This document shows, piece by piece, positions 49,866 to 64,000 of a stretch of 64,000 nucleotides of DNA (the first letter of the stretch is position 1; each line of letters opens with the position of its first letter). A model generated the notes under the pieces. It saw only the letters and a list, made by a program, of their open reading frames with translations, searched no databases and had not been told where the DNA came from. The DNA is from Octopus sinensis. Taxonomy: Eukaryota. The position numbers were made by a program, and so were the translations under genes. The DNA lies in assembly GCF_006345805.1 (NCBI RefSeq), contig NC_043002.1, positions 7,068,001-7,132,000 of the forward strand, given 5' to 3'.

Positions 49866-50599
49866 TATATATAGACATATCCTTGTGTGTGTGCATCATT
49901 CTTTGTCTCAGAGTTTGTAATACACCCTCCACTCCACAACCGACATTGGTCTGTTTGTACCCGTAACTTAGTAGTTGGGTAAAAAGAAAAGACCGAAAGA
50001 AAAAGTAGCAGGTATTTGAAAACAAACGTAAGTATTAGGCCAATGTATTCGGCTAATTCCCTTCAAGGTGGTGCCCCAGTATGACAGTAGTCTAAGGAAT
50101 TTTACCAGTAAAAGACAATAGATAATGGGCAAACTATTTAGTTGCCTCTTATGAAAAACGGATACGGCGCATCTAGTCTAAAACCAGGATACATGTAGCG
50201 CACCTATATTTGTGTGGTGTTATTAATGGAGATAAACAGAGAAGCAATACTCGCCTGACACACTATCCAATGAATGTTCGAGTTTTCTACTTAGTCATCT
50301 AGTGATTCCGCTTTTTACAACAGTACATGTTTATATTGAGACCTACGAAGTAGCACAGTGTAGGTATACGTTCCTTGATATTTTGGGTGGCATTCTGTGG
50401 CATATTCATTAGTCAAATGGTCCTCGCTCCCTCGAACCTATGAACCCATCTATACACATTTATACGAAGGCATTCGCATATATATATTCACATATATTTG
50501 CATATATACTCACCCTGGTATACATGTTCTTTGAAGGAAATTAAACAGGGCATTTTAGTTTAAAATGTTGATAACCTGCTGCTTAAACCCTGTTGCGCG

Positions 50600-50659
<60 letters not shown>

Positions 50660-50789
50660 CATACATACAAACATATATATATGTATATATATACATACAC
50701 ATATATATATATACATACATACACATATATATATACATATATATATATATACATACATATATATATATACACACACATGTATATATGTC

Positions 50790-50846
<57 letters not shown>

Positions 50847-51524
50847 CGTACATACATATAAATACACACAAACACACACAGTTTGAGCGTTCGGTGTTCA
50901 TTTGAAAGTAATAAATCCATTTTATCCAGAATCCCTGGTGTAAAAAGAAAGCCACGCTTGACTAAATAATTAAAGGACTTGCATGAAGTTAATATTGTCA
51001 GTAACATGATTTTAACGAGGCCATGCTTTATGCAATCAAAATTTAATATTTCAATGTGTCCTTTTTTTTTCTTCCTCTCCAGAATATGACAATTTTAATG
51101 AAACCAAATTTCTGATTAGCAATTCATAATCTCAACGGTTTTAATGATGAGGAAAATTAAAAACTAATTTAGACAGTTTCTGGTTCTTCATCGTTAATAT
51201 AATTTAGGTCGTTTCAAAGTCGATATATTTGCCCTTTCCCCGACCTCTGCGGAGTTTTTACGCGCTCACATGCGTTTGTGCGTGTGTGTGCGCGCGTGCA
51301 TAGGTGTGTGTGTGTATGTGTGTGTGCGTGTGTGCGTGTGTGTGTGTGTGTGTGTGTGCGTGTGAGTGTGTGTGTGCGTGTGTGTTGTTGTTGTTGCTAT
51401 TGTAGTTTATGATAAAAACGACATCGATGATGACAGTGATAGTGATTTTTATGTTAATGATGACGATGATGATAGTAATGATGATGATGATGATGATGAC
51501 GACGACAACGACGACGGTGATGAA

Positions 51525-51579
<55 letters not shown>

Positions 51580-52829
51580 GTGATGGCGATGTTGTTTTAC
51601 TAAAGTTGCTATTTTTGTTATCGCTTCAGAAGTAAGACGACAGATTTAGAATCAATCGGGTGTAATCCGGTGCTGTACCTCCTCTGCTAACAGTACCCTT
51701 TCCCTCCCTCCATCCCTCTCTCCCTCTCTCTCTTTCTCACTCACTCTTTATATCTTTCTCTCTTTATCTCTCCCTTTCCTTCTTTCTCTCTTGCTTTCTT
51801 TCTCTCTCTCTCTGCTTAAAATTATTTTCTGTAATTGATTCCTTCGTCACAATGTAAGACCGAAATAGCACCGTGTTTCCAGATATACCGGGAGTTGACA
51901 ACAACACATCATATCCACATTGGATGTGAGGAGACGAACGCAGCAGCATCAATATTCAGCGCTTTTTCGAGAATTCTGCGATACATGTTCGATTGTCCGC
52001 TGTCGTTTTGCCATTTATGCTTCTGATTGTTGATATAGAAATAGACATCATGGAATACACTGACCTGTATGTTCATTTAAGTATCTATTTCGGCATTAGT
52101 AAGACTTATCCAGGATAAGTTTAAAACAACAATTGCAACAGTGACAACAAAACAATAGCAGTAACAACTGCAGCAGCGATAACAGCATCAACAACAATAA
52201 AAGAATAACGACAGTAGCAGAGTAAGTGGCGAAGGCATTTTCATGGGCAGGCAACCTTTTTCTGGGACAGCGACGAAATCAGCACAATACCTGTTGCTCT
52301 CCAAATGCGATAAATAGGTTGACACAAGTAAAAACAGTTTATGAAGGCGAATGGGAGAAGAATATATGTTGTCATCCCAGCCGAGGTTTTTGCAGCATCT
52401 ACCAGAAGACGGTGCTGTATGGCTGCATGTCAGCTAAAGCCAGATGCTTAGAAGCAGTGACACACGCCCCAATGGAAAGAAGCCTCAAACAAATATAGGA
52501 AGACGTAGATCATGTGATCAAAGCAAGGCAGTTTGGGAGTGTGGGTGTCATCGTCAGGAGCATGAGCTTCAGCTGAAGCACTCTGTAGTTTCCGTAAGCG
52601 GCAGAGAATTCACCATTTACCCAAAATATTCAGAGAGAAGTACATATCGCATTGGCCTAGAGAGTTCCATTTAAATTGGACATTTGCCAGTTACTGAATT
52701 GTGTTGCTTTAGAAGCAGTATCAGTATCCCCTCGACGTAAAATGAACGGAGAGATACTTTTGGTTTCGGGATTGCAACCGATATCCTCCGCTAGAAGCAG
52801 AGTCACCTTTTCACTGACCTCAGTTCACT

Positions 52830-53490
52830 AGGTTTGGATGTAATTAGCACCGTACGCACCTTTTTGGCTACCTTGAGATCTTCGCACCTTGACCAGAAAT
52901 GGAGGCAAGAGAGACGTGCTGTAACAGAAAGGCCTTCACCTCGAGACACACTGAATTTTTCTGGACCAGGACGGTATGTTGTAAGTCAAGACGTAAACAG
53001 TAGTGATAGCGGTGCCTTTAGACTCGTCGCTATGTATTTGTGGTAGCCAGATATCTTCAGGCATATTGTGTCTTGAGCTAATTACTGCAGAAGTTGGAGG
53101 CTTCGACGTGCATCCTCGAGGAGGCGTACGCGGAGGATACTTGTTTGTATAAACAAATGACGACACAGAAATAGTGTCAGCCACCAAACATTGAGGTTAT
53201 CGGCACTACTCTAAGAAAATGAGAAATACTAACAGGACCAAAATTAATCAAGAGAAAGAGTTCGGCATCTGGAGGGGCAAGTCCCTGTCATCTAACAATG
53301 TCAAGGGTCTCTGGGCGGACGGGTTAAATTGCTTTGAATTTGGTTTGATCGAAACCTCCAGGTGGACAAGAACTAGAAATAAATATCGAGTGGAATGACT
53401 AGTCTCACCCAGAGATCAGTTGAGAGAAAATTATCTTTGAAGAAGCGGGCGGTTGTGGTGAATGCCTACATTTCTCGTCTCTTAGATAAA
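52830..53490 (+). mobile_element. Heavily deleted Tx1/L1-clade LINE (same family as 45083-47425)
   Basis: GRYVVSQDVNSSDSGAFRLVAMY (APE) and RKLSLKKRAVVVNAYI (post-RT). Confidence 0.7.
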
Positions 53491-54152
53491 GTTTCATTCC
53501 TGGATGAAGCGTAGACCGAAACAGGGTGCTTAGCATTCTCAGTGCAATGCGGTCGGTAGATGTTTCATCAGATGTTCAATTGAAGATTATGGGTAAGACC
53601 GAAGAAGTGTGTGAAATAAATTCTTTGGTTTTGTAATTTTTTCCTATGATATCGAGAATAACATAATATTCATGTAACACTTCTGTTGTCGAGGCTAAGA
53701 AATAATAACATAAATACGATTATAAGTTAGTAGAGTTTCACAAACGGCAGAGTTTTGGAATGCTTGCACGGGACTATTTATTTACGCCCTTTTATGTTCT
53801 GCGTTCAAATTTTGCTGAATTCGCCTTCCATTTATTAGAGATCGACAAAAAAACATGTCGTATTAACGCATGAGTATACTGGGCTCACAGTTTCCCGGAA
53901 TCTTATGAAGAATTTCTAAGACTAATCTGTGGTTGTACATGTTGGGGACCCCAATTTATTGCTTTGACTAGCTGAAGGAGGTTTCAGTGCTGATAAGACA
54001 TCCCAACCGTAAGTCGACTACTCTTTTTATCAGCACTCTATCATTGATTGTCTTTTGGCACGTCGTCGTCATGATTGTCGTCGCTGTTGTTGTTATCATT
54101 ATCATTTATCAACATCATCGTCATTTATCGTCATATAATAATAATAATAATA

Positions 54153-54183
<31 letters not shown>

Positions 54184-54329
54184 TATAATAATTATAATTC
54201 AAATGTCTTGTGTTGCTGCAAGTAATGAAATCATCATTAATCATTTCCATCATCTTCGTCGTCCTCATTGTTAGTATTTTTGTCATTATTCGTCCGCATC
54301 TGTATTTTCAATTATTATTATTATTATTA

Positions 54330-54367
<38 letters not shown>

Positions 54368-54776
54368 TATTATTATTACTATTATTTTTCCTTCTTTCTT
54401 CAAATTTTCTTTCGTTTCTCGCCGAGTGTTTTCCGTACACCTAGGGCAGAGAAGGGCATTGTATGCATTCCCAGATTACACACGCAGATTCACAGGTAAA
54501 ATATGTATTTAAAAAATTAATGAATTGATAAATTCATGAATGGATGTTATTTTCACAGCGATAGTGTTCTTCTCAGTACATGAGCCGTTCCAGTTAACAC
54601 GATTTTTGCACTTCCTGTAGGGATGGTAAGCCTGGTATCATTTTCAAATAGGTTTCAGTAACTTTTTTTTATCATTCCTAGAGATCCTACAATCACTGGT
54701 ACTGTAATCGCCTTGAGATGCCACATGTTTTTCAATTTCTATTAGCAAGTCTTTATATTTACTATATTATTATTAT

Positions 54777-55077
54777 CTTTGTTTGGCTCAGGTTCGATCT
54801 TATTCTAGGTAGGATTTATGAGGGTAGCAGGTTTCTATTTGTACCTTTAGGTATCCACAAGTTATCGGATATGATGCTTCCCAAGACTGCCCATGATCAG
54901 AGACGCACATATTTTCAGCCACTAGGGGTTCAACTAGTTGTGTTCAAGCATGTGACAAGCAAATCTGTTTTATTGAGCAGAATATTTGTTGTAGCCCATT
55001 TTTGATACCAAGACAAAACAATGTACATGATAACATTTCCAGTCAGAGCTAGTGCCTTGTATTGCATCAGGACATTT
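54777..55077 (-). mobile_element. Chimera: element X 5' part (54872-55077) fused to a Dong/R4 3' UTR (54777-54871)
   Basis: The 5' part aligns to 24613-~24845; the 3' part aligns ungapped to 55127-55212; TAA arrays on both sides. Confidence 0.75.
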
Positions 55078-55124
55078 ATTATTATTATTATTATCATTAT
55101 TATTATTATTATTATTATTATCAT

Positions 55125-55385
55125 TAGTTTGGCTCAGGTTTGGTCATATTCCTGGTAGGATTTATGTGGGTAGCGGGTTACTACCTGTAACATTAGGTAT
55201 CCGCACGTTTTCAGCAGTCTTTCAAGTGTTTAAACCCTTTTGATAACCCTTTCTTTCCCTAAGAGACAAACTTTCTGTAGGAGCTCTACTGGATATTCTT
55301 TTATAATTTCCTTCAGCCATTTGTCTATACCTTGGCATATTGTTCTCAACTTTGTCTGGTAACCTAGAATACATGCCTAAAGAAG
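55125..55385 (-). mobile_element. Dong/R4-clade 3' end (second subfamily) terminating in (TAA)n
   Basis: Minus frame GIDKWLKEIIKEYPVELLQKVCLLGKERVIKRV, compare QKIALLGTAHILRRTL at 24.4 kb. Confidence 0.75.
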
Positions 55386-55399
55386 TCGTACGACTCTAC

Positions 55400-56330
55400 T
55401 GCAACGTATCATCAGATGAAATTATGAGCCTATAATGAGCTGAAGATTATGTATGCATGGATGTTACTAGAAAGCTGTGAGGTGATAGTAACATCGATCA
55501 ATAAAGTAGTTTATTATGGGCCAATAGCCGGGTTAGTATCTCCTACTTTGAAAGGTATGCGTTTGCAATCCAGGAACAGGAAATTTCAACCAAGCACCTG
55601 AAGCACAAAATGCATAGATATACAGGAAAAGCAGTAAAATGTGACAACCGATGTAGACTTTGTGGAGTTAATACTGAAGATATCCCTCACATCATAAGCA
55701 GTATCCGAAAATGTCATCACGGTTCATCTACCGATGAGACATGTTGTGGCTAGGACTCTCTATAATGAAATCTCACAGTATGGTAGAAGCCATAGCTACT
55801 CATAATAAAAAGGAGTACTGGTAGAATGTTCCAGTGAAGACCTCAATAAAATGTAAGCACAACAGACCAGATATAATGATCTGGGATAGAGAAGAGAAAC
55901 TGCACAGTTGTGGAAATTAGCTGCCCAGTGGATGTTAATATAAGCTGAACTTCGCTGAACTATTGAGAAATCTGAAGTTACTCATCCAGATTACAAGTTC
56001 AGGTTTATACCTGTAATTATTGGGGCACTGGGATACGTAATACACTTTCTAAATACCAATCTTGAGAAATTAGGCCTCTCATAACCAGAAAGGAGAAAGC
56101 TAATTCGAAGACTACAGATCCAGTCCATCATTGGTACTGTAAAGATCTGTAAAACTTCCCAGAAGTTTATCATTTAAATATATATGAGCACGTCTACATA
56201 TGCAACTATATGCATTTAAATATATATGAGCATGTCTACATATGCAACTATATGCATGGGAATGCATACATAAAGCAAAACATACAAATCTGTACATATA
56301 CATACATACGTACATAGAAACAAAAATACT
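55400..56330 (+). mobile_element. RLE-type non-LTR retrotransposon 3' fragment (same family as 6290-8830)
   Basis: FAIQEQEISTKHL, CRLCGVNTEDIPHIIS, HNRPDIMIWD...VEISCPVD, IPVIIGALG; 42-bp tandem duplication in the 3' UTR at ~56172-56255. Confidence 0.82.
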
Positions 56331-57789
56331 CTCTTTTTGATGTTTAAATTCCAATGAAGGGGCCTTGAATCTAGGTTAGAAACCAGTTCTTTAGTGGCAA
56401 GAAATCTTGAAATAAAACTGAATAAGGACATACATACACAATGTCTCACACACCAACCGGCGCTCGCACACACATAAATATATACATGTATACACACACG
56501 TACATAAATGTACACTGACAAACACATATGCACAATATATATATATATATATTTGTATATATTTGTGTGTATGTATGTATATACATACATATATATATAC
56601 GGGCTCACGATAACAGATGTGTATGTTTTTTTTTCTATGCCCGTGCGTATGTAAAAAGTGAGAGATAAGAGACGTAGATAGAGAGACAGAGGGGAAGAGA
56701 ATTCCCCTGCGTGTGAATGGACTTTAGTGTATTTCTGTAGACTCATAAAAGAGAAGGAAAAATATAGACGGTGCATCTACGGGAGAAGGGCGTCGAGTGA
56801 CATGGAGGAAGTTGTGAGAGGGCGAATAAGAAGTGAATGAAAGTAACAGTGAGAGAGAAACAGAGAGGGAAAAGGAAGTTAGAGAGATCGTGAGATATAG
56901 GGATAGAGAGGTTGGGTGGGTTCGGGTGGCTTGTGAGAAGAAAATAATTTGGCGAACATTTCTATCTTTCTTCACAGTTCCAGACTTACTTTCAAAGAAA
57001 AGATCTTCAAATTTGTTTTGTTTATTTGATCCTTCTCTTCTCGGGTGTTCTACAAAATAGCTAATTAATATAATTTAAGAATTGTTATCGCCTGCTTTAG
57101 ACAAACATATATATTTTATATACAGCTTCAACAACGAGGAAATCCCTTCACCCCTCTCTAAAGGCACTTTCGGACAGTATGGACGTAACCAGGAAATGTA
57201 CAGATTATTGTGACCCAAATTATACGCGGATTTTTTCCTTCTGTTATCATCGTAGCCCACCATTCAGGCTCAGGTGCAAGCGTTACCTTTCGACTATACA
57301 GCAAAATGTTTCTATTTCTTGCTGGGCATTTGTTCTTTGTTTCGGCTCTTTTTGCCATATCCATGATAAAACACATCAGGTTCCTTAATGAATCATTGCA
57401 CTACCATTCTTCCAGATTGAAAATGCTAACCAGTTATGTTATTGTTAATCTTGCTACTAACACATGACACTCCATCTCCACTGAAAGCAGTGCACACTGC
57501 TTTTCTTTATTTAATACGAGTTATACGCCTATTCTATGTTGTAATCCTTGGTCACCACCATCTCAAGAACAAGAGATTTTTGATTTCGTTAAGATAAACC
57601 ATGGCATCGTTGAGGAACATGGACACTTCCTACAAATCCACCCTCCAGTCATTACAACGTTCAATAGTTGTTTTGCGCACGCATGCATACGCATGTGCGT
57701 GTATACATGCGTGCGCAAATTACCGAAGATATTCTTGTTGCTTATTTTGATTTTATATATATATATATAATTATACACACACACACACA

Positions 57790-57831
<42 letters not shown>

Positions 57832-59772
57832 AAATTCAGTACATATATTCATACATATATACAGGGTGCGATGGGTAAATTATATATATTTTATATTTTT
57901 AAAAAGGAAGTACATCCTATCATGTCTACGTGCCCCATCCTGACTATATCTGCCAGCCCCCCAGATTCGGCCCTCCCATCACCAATACAACAGTCACAAA
58001 CGAACATACATGTGCTTATGCGGCTTTTAGGCAACTGCGAAACAATCACCACCCACGAATACACTACACATATAGTACCAGAGCACATATTCCAGTCTTA
58101 CAAGAACATCAACACTGAAAACGTACACACATTTCCCATACACACTTTTCCAGAAGACTCTTGGGAATGGTGTTTTGGTTCCAAGGGGCATAAGTTTTAA
58201 CATGTCCTTGCTCGGTTCATTTCGTCGTTTTTCCACAACCACAAACCGGATGTGTCTTTTTCACCTCCAACAATAGAGAGCAGCTGCCATATTTCATTCC
58301 ATAATTGCCATCTCTGAAGAGCGATAGTTACATAATCGAGCTGTTACTTAACACTCGATTGAACCTCTAGTGCAAAACCGATAGGTATGATCGGCCGTAA
58401 TGGATGTATAATACTGTACACTTCGATTTATATGTATATATATATATAGAATTCAAGCTGGTCACGAAGTGACAAGGCACAATGTGATTTGTATTTATGT
58501 CAACTAGTTAATCTATGCATATAGAAGTGCGTGAAGTGTCAGTTTATGTGAACCATTACTGTATATTCAATACAAAAAATCCAAACAGAGAACTCCTTGG
58601 ATGTTTCTACTGATAAACTGTACTTAGTGTATGTGTTTATACATTGACGGATCTGTGAATGGATGAGCAATTGGCTAAATGGATCCATTCAGCCATCCCT
58701 CTATTTATCCATATATCATTTATTCTACCCCCATAAATCCAGTCTGATTAGTTGTTAATCTCATTTCTCTCTCTCTCTATCTTTCTCTCCCTATCTCTTT
58801 CTCTCTCTGAGATACAACTGTGAGATAGGCTTGTGGTTATCGGGATCGTTAAATACTAGAGGTCCATTTAAATTCTACCCAACCACATACTGTTCACCGT
58901 GTCCCTCGCGCTTGCCACCCGCTTGTGCTATGCTGCAAGTGTTCACATCAGACCAAGAGTCTACAGCTGTGCCAGTATTTCTGATACTGAACCCCATACT
59001 TCAGAAACCCATGTATTGTGACACAAGCCCTTGATAAAAGAGTGACGCATGAGCTATACACGTGAACCCCTCGCCGCGGAATCCTCAGTTTTCAAGTTCA
59101 AGTATTAGATTACAGAAACATACAAAGCTTCCTCTAGCTCTTCATCTGAGCGCAAAAAGAAATCCCAGCGTTTGAGGAACAGACCGAGGAATGTCACCTT
59201 CCGTCCCGTCCTTTGCCCGATGAAAAGGATGGTATCTTATCCATCAGACAAAGAGGCATTGTCATTTGTAACACAGCTCTTCTGTTTCTTCCTCTTATTT
59301 AGTTGAAGAACCTACAGCGCTTACGAATGATTAATTGTTGTGCTTCGTGGGTGTATTTAGATGAATGTTACTTAAGTTTGTTTTAGTTTGTGAAATCATA
59401 ACCTGCAGTTATTTAATTGACGTTTCTGTTTGTTATTCTTTTCTAATCTACAAAATCAGAACAGATTGTATTAAAAGACTACCAAACAAAACAGAATGAA
59501 CATTTTCAAGAATACATGTATACCACAAAAATATCTACACCACAAACATATCTACGAACGAACTACATTTTCGACCTCAGTTTAGTGCAGTGGATGATCA
59601 AATGCTCTTGAAACCCTTTGTTCTTAAAAAGAACATGAAAAATTATTTTTCCGTCGTGTAATCATGAATAAAAAATATCTTCTCAGTGGAGCTCTGTGAT
59701 ATGTGACCATTCACAGCAAACAGCAACAAAAACAACGAACAAAAAGTCAATAAGGAGAATAATAATAATAAC

Positions 59773-59856
<84 letters not shown>

Positions 59857-62066
59857 AATAATAATAATAATAATAACAACAACAACAACAATAGCAATAA
59901 TAATAAAAGGGCAAATCGGTTTTGTCACTCTTCGTGCAACATGGACTGGCAACGCTGACGGCACTATTGTGCCTCTGGAGTTTATTTCGAACCAGCAATT
60001 GTGTCTTCGCAGTGCAGTATGCCAGAGATTTCTGGAAGTTAGTAATAGTTCTTTGGGGTGATTTCTTCCAATATTGGCTCCTGGGTTTATATCTTCGTTG
60101 ATCTCCACATTTTCTCTACATAATATTTAATAGTCATGGAAGCAAGCATAATAGTCGCCTATCGAAATGAATCGGTTGTTATTTGCGATAATATGACTTA
60201 GGAATGAAAATGAAAGGAAAACACCGCATAAAACTATTCCGAAAAACTGGGTTGCTTCTGAGGTGGTTTCATGTTGTTGTAGTTGTTGTAGCAGTTTTTC
60301 TTTTTAAGCAGTTCATAAAGGGGATTATTAAAAGAAACGCTACTTTGTAGTAATCGCACCGATTGACCTTGCGTAACGAAAGGCTTTAATAGAATGGGAG
60401 AAACGTTGAAATGAAAGCCAACAGAGATATCCAAAGAGAACAACTAAGAAGGGATTTAATGAGAGAGAGGGGGAGGGGAGAGAGAGAATGATGGAGGAAG
60501 AGGTAAAGGAATGGGAATGGTTAAAAGTGTAGAAAAAAAAAGAAGTGAAAAGATTAAGTAAGGAAACGAGAGGCAGATGGAAGGTGGCGACTAGAGAAAT
60601 AGCGAAAATGAAGAAAGAAAAATGTTTTTTTGGCACAAAGAATGATGGTGGAAAATTATTTTCTCCTTTATCTTTTAAGAATAACTTACTTATATTTTAG
60701 ATATACGTCTCATTAATAGGCTTATATGCATCTGTGTTAGCTATCTGACTAGACATGGTGCCAGGAAGGCGAGATCTTGAAAGTTTGGTTTCTAAAAGAA
60801 TATGAAATTCAGGCGAATATTCAGAATCATTTTTTTTTTAAATTACTCATGTACTCAAATACTCGTATTTTGTTACTACCGTTGTTGATGTGTTCAAGTC
60901 TATGGCGATTGAGCAGACGTACGAGTATAGTTAAAGGCATTCCAGTCATGATCTATGAATAGGTTATTTAATACACCCTACCTTTATAAAATAATAGGCT
61001 TTGGTTGGAGGGATATTTTGCTGCTATTTCTAGCAGGTTAAGGGACTACGTAGAATCTCCCTTGTTGGTCCATATAGTCACCTTATTTTTAAGTATGTAG
61101 TTAACTGAGATCATCAAACTGCATTCAGGCTGCAGATCAAATATTTGACCCCTTGCGTTCCATTAACTGTTGTGGGGGTAGTGATATAGGTGGCGGTGGT
61201 ATTGGTTGTGGTTGCAATGGTATTGGTAGTGGTATTTGTGGTGGTTGAAGTATTGATGTTTTCTCAGAATGTATAATGAAATCATCGTTGCCTTTATAAT
61301 GGTAGAAATACCGGAATACCAGCCGAAATATCAAATGTTCCGCAGAAGCCAACGATAGAGCCTACAGGTGGTCACTCAACATACTAGACATAACAGACAC
61401 GTTGCCTAGGAATGCCTTTGATCATAATTCTGTTCGATCATTCTGTGCCTGACTGTACGCAACACTATTGATCATATTATATGATCAACTCTAATTAGAC
61501 ATGGCCAGTGCAAGTCAAGTACTTTTGTATTTGTCTCATAGTGGCCATACTTGATTACCTGTAAATTGATATAATTTTAAGCAGACGTAGGAAAATTATT
61601 GTATTCGAACTACTTGTACGGCTTTATGTCTTTTAATATGGTGCGCTAAAAGCCATGATCATATAGATCGTTGTTTTTCCCTAAAATTTTGTAATATAAA
61701 CTTTAAGAGCCACCCTGTTAATTTGAAATTTTTGTTTCTTTCATTTTCTTTTCCTTTGTATTGACTAAACTTTTAGGATTTATTTAACGTAGTACATAAT
61801 GTACCCTGAACTGCATATGAAGCTTCCAAAATAAGAATTTTAACTATTAAATGCAAAATATAAACTTCCACATTTCTTTTCATCAGAGATCTGAAAACCA
61901 GTAAGGGAGTCGAAAGCTGAAAAAAACTCTCTACTTAAAAACGCTACATATACGTATACACCTAAAATACGAGGGGTTTGGGAGAAATCATCGCAATACA
62001 AAAACTCTGGAAAAAAGGAGTGAAATACTATCATGTAGATTCATCACTTTCTATCTCTATATTGAA

Positions 62067-63293
62067 TATTAGGCAGAGTTAAAAGTAAGCAACGTTTCGA
62101 ATGGCGAAATTCACCACAATATATTTCAACAATGCGGAAATTTTATTCATCAAAGTAAGTACTATTACAATCAACACATTTTTGCCAACGAGTTACGAGT
62201 TTGTTTATTCCGGTAACATAAAAGTCTAGAGTTCTGGAGCTGATGAACTCTTTGAAATCACTGTCAGCATCGGTTTGATTTTTGAGCTCCTCTCGCAGCA
62301 AACCATCAAGGCACTTGAAAAAATGGTAATCGATAAGAGAAAGGTCTGGGGAATAAGCTGGGTGGAGAAGAACATCGTAGCCAAGTTCCCTCAACTTCTG
62401 GAGCGTCATTAGTAAAACGTGTGGTCGAGCATCGTCATTGGCCCTTTTCTAATGAACAGTCTGGGAGGGAGGAGTAGCAGTTTTTTTTGTTCATTTTGGC
62501 AATTTCATAGCAATATATTTCTATAGTAATGGTTTTTCCGGTTTCTAAGAAATCATAGTGGATAAGTCACCATAATCTTCCTTTTGAAGAGCTTCGGTCT
62601 AAAGAAGGTTTTCGGTGCTTCATTTTGGTTCAACCACTGCAAAGAAAGTTTTTTTTTTTATTATTGTACAGAATCCACTTTTCATCGCAAGTTACAATTC
62701 GTTCGAGAAATATATCGAACAAATTTCATAACTGTGCATTTTCTGATTTTCATTCAAAACGTGTGCCACCCATTTGTCGAGCTTTTTTTTATTTTCCGAT
62801 CGCATACAAATTGTTACAGGCAGTTTTCTGGCCAACTTGGAGTTCTTTTGCCAGTTCTCGAGTGGTTTTACGTGGATTTTCCTCAACGACGGTCTTTAAT
62901 TGACCGCCATCGATGACAGATGAAATATGCTCACGATCTTCAAGGCTCAGGTCTCCACTGCGAAATCGTTTAAACGATTTTCGAGCTGACCACTCACTGG
63001 TCATTTCCTTACTAAAAGTTTCGTTGATATCGCGTGCAATTTTCGCTGCTTTACGTCCATTTTTAAAAGTTGAATAACAAAATTGCTCCAATATCGCTCT
63101 TTGACAGTTCCATTTCAGATGATTGTAACAACGGTGAAAAAAAATATCAATGTTAATTTATTGATGTATTTGGGCACGTCTATGTCTGTATTATCAGACA
63201 ATTGCCAAAAAAACTTTTAAAAACTTTAAAGCTATGCAAAATTCCGGTACAAATTCTTCGTGGTTCAAAACGTTGCTTACTTTTTACCTGATA
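62067..63293 (-). mobile_element. Near full-length decayed mariner transposon
   Basis: TIR core AAAAGTAAGCAACGTTTCGA (62081-62100) versus TCAAAACGTTGCTTACTTTT (63265-63284). Fragments: HTH, KKLDKWVAHVL, HPAYSPDLSLIDYHFFK...RWQKCVDCNSTYFDE; multiple frameshifts. Confidence 0.92.
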
Positions 63294-63299
63294 CACTAA

Positions 63300-63760
63300 T
63301 CCTAGACAACCATAACTCATACATTCCCCTCTCAAAAGTCCTAAAAGTCCCACTACTACACTCGACCACCACACGTGATTCTTATAGTATGCCTTCAACA
63401 TCAAAAATTCACATACTCGCTTTTAATTACACCAACACCCGCAAAGCTTTCAATTCTATCCTTTACTATCTACTTATATACGCAATATTGAACTACTCTT
63501 TAATAAAGAATACAAAAAGCTGGCTAGCAGACTATCTGTTAGATTGCAAAATTTACAGAGTAAACAAAGACAGCTAAATGTGTAAATGTGTACAGTGAAC
63601 GAAAACTATTGTTTCATCTCAGCTACGTTTTGCGCTCCATACGCAGATGATAGCATAATCATCGCATCATTCCACCCAAACTCAGCTGCACAACTACTTC
63701 AACGCTATATAAATCAACGAGATGCTTGATTCCAAAGCAATAGTAGTATATATTATATTC
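63300..63760 (+). mobile_element. Old Jockey/CR1/I-group LINE RT remnant
   Basis: TRKAFNSI...WLADYL, and YADDSIII at 63640. Confidence 0.6.
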
Positions 63761-64000
63761 CCTATTTCGCTTCCCTCCTACATTACTAGAGAACTGCAAA
63801 TGTAACCAATCAACTCGCTCAACACAGGGAAAGCTCAGTTATATCTTTTTATACTGATTTGTTGAAAAGAGCGAGAGCTTATAAGCTCAGGTATAGATGG
63901 CCTAATGCACAATGGATCAAATGTATCGTTATACAGTGTTATTCTTGTTTCCTTGAGTTAGGCCACTGTTTAACCTGCGCGTGCTCCAAATATATATTTC

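Noticed and set aside
53498-53530. Hammerhead-like CCTGGATGAAGCGTAGACCGAAACAGGGT
   Set aside because: An extra base in the core, no convincing stem II or cleavage triplet with stem I, and a single occurrence.
57158-57467. Overlapping ORFs, one hydrophobic and vaguely GPCR-like (IRGFFPSVIIV...MFLFLAGHLFFV)
   Set aside because: No family motif, a stop just upstream in frame, and no supporting exon structure.
57860-57900. Tc1-like TIR TACAGGGTGCGATGGGTAAATT
   Set aside because: No matching second TIR or transposase sequence was found nearby.
59900-60110. Non-repetitive ends of the ORFs at 59683-60108 and 59696-60061
   Set aside because: ORF length comes mostly from the adjacent (AAT)/(GAT) array, and the unique part has no recognisable motif.

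Overview
This is AT-rich, microsatellite-saturated eukaryotic DNA. The tRNA-derived SINE families look like those of octopod cephalopods (Octopus), which is recognition from memory rather than a database match. I found no convincing host protein-coding exon, rRNA, genuine tRNA or CRISPR array, and nearly all long ORFs in the track are translations of simple repeats. The window is mostly nested, decayed transposable elements: RLE-type R4/Dong-like LINEs; CR1-group, RTE and Tx1/L1 LINEs; a Mag-type Ty3/Gypsy provirus (5' LTR, PBS, gag, pol); Penelope-like elements (RT fragments, a GIY-YIG endonuclease, pseudo-LTRs with minimal hammerhead ribozyme motifs); mariner/Tc1 remnants; a non-autonomous Helitron; a MITE; and at least three tRNA-SINE families. 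The best leads are: (1) an uncharacterised ~550-bp non-coding element that sits in (TAA)n arrays directly behind Dong/R4 3' ends and in one place is fused to a Dong 3' UTR; (2) a canonical minimal hammerhead plus a three-copy family with a CUGU core variant; (3) a young 399-bp RTE-derived non-autonomous element with a perfect 13-bp TSD and a strongly folded 5' RNA; (4) a SINE and LINE sharing a bipartite 3' hairpin with a compensatory change; (5) apparent partitioning of element families among microsatellite classes.
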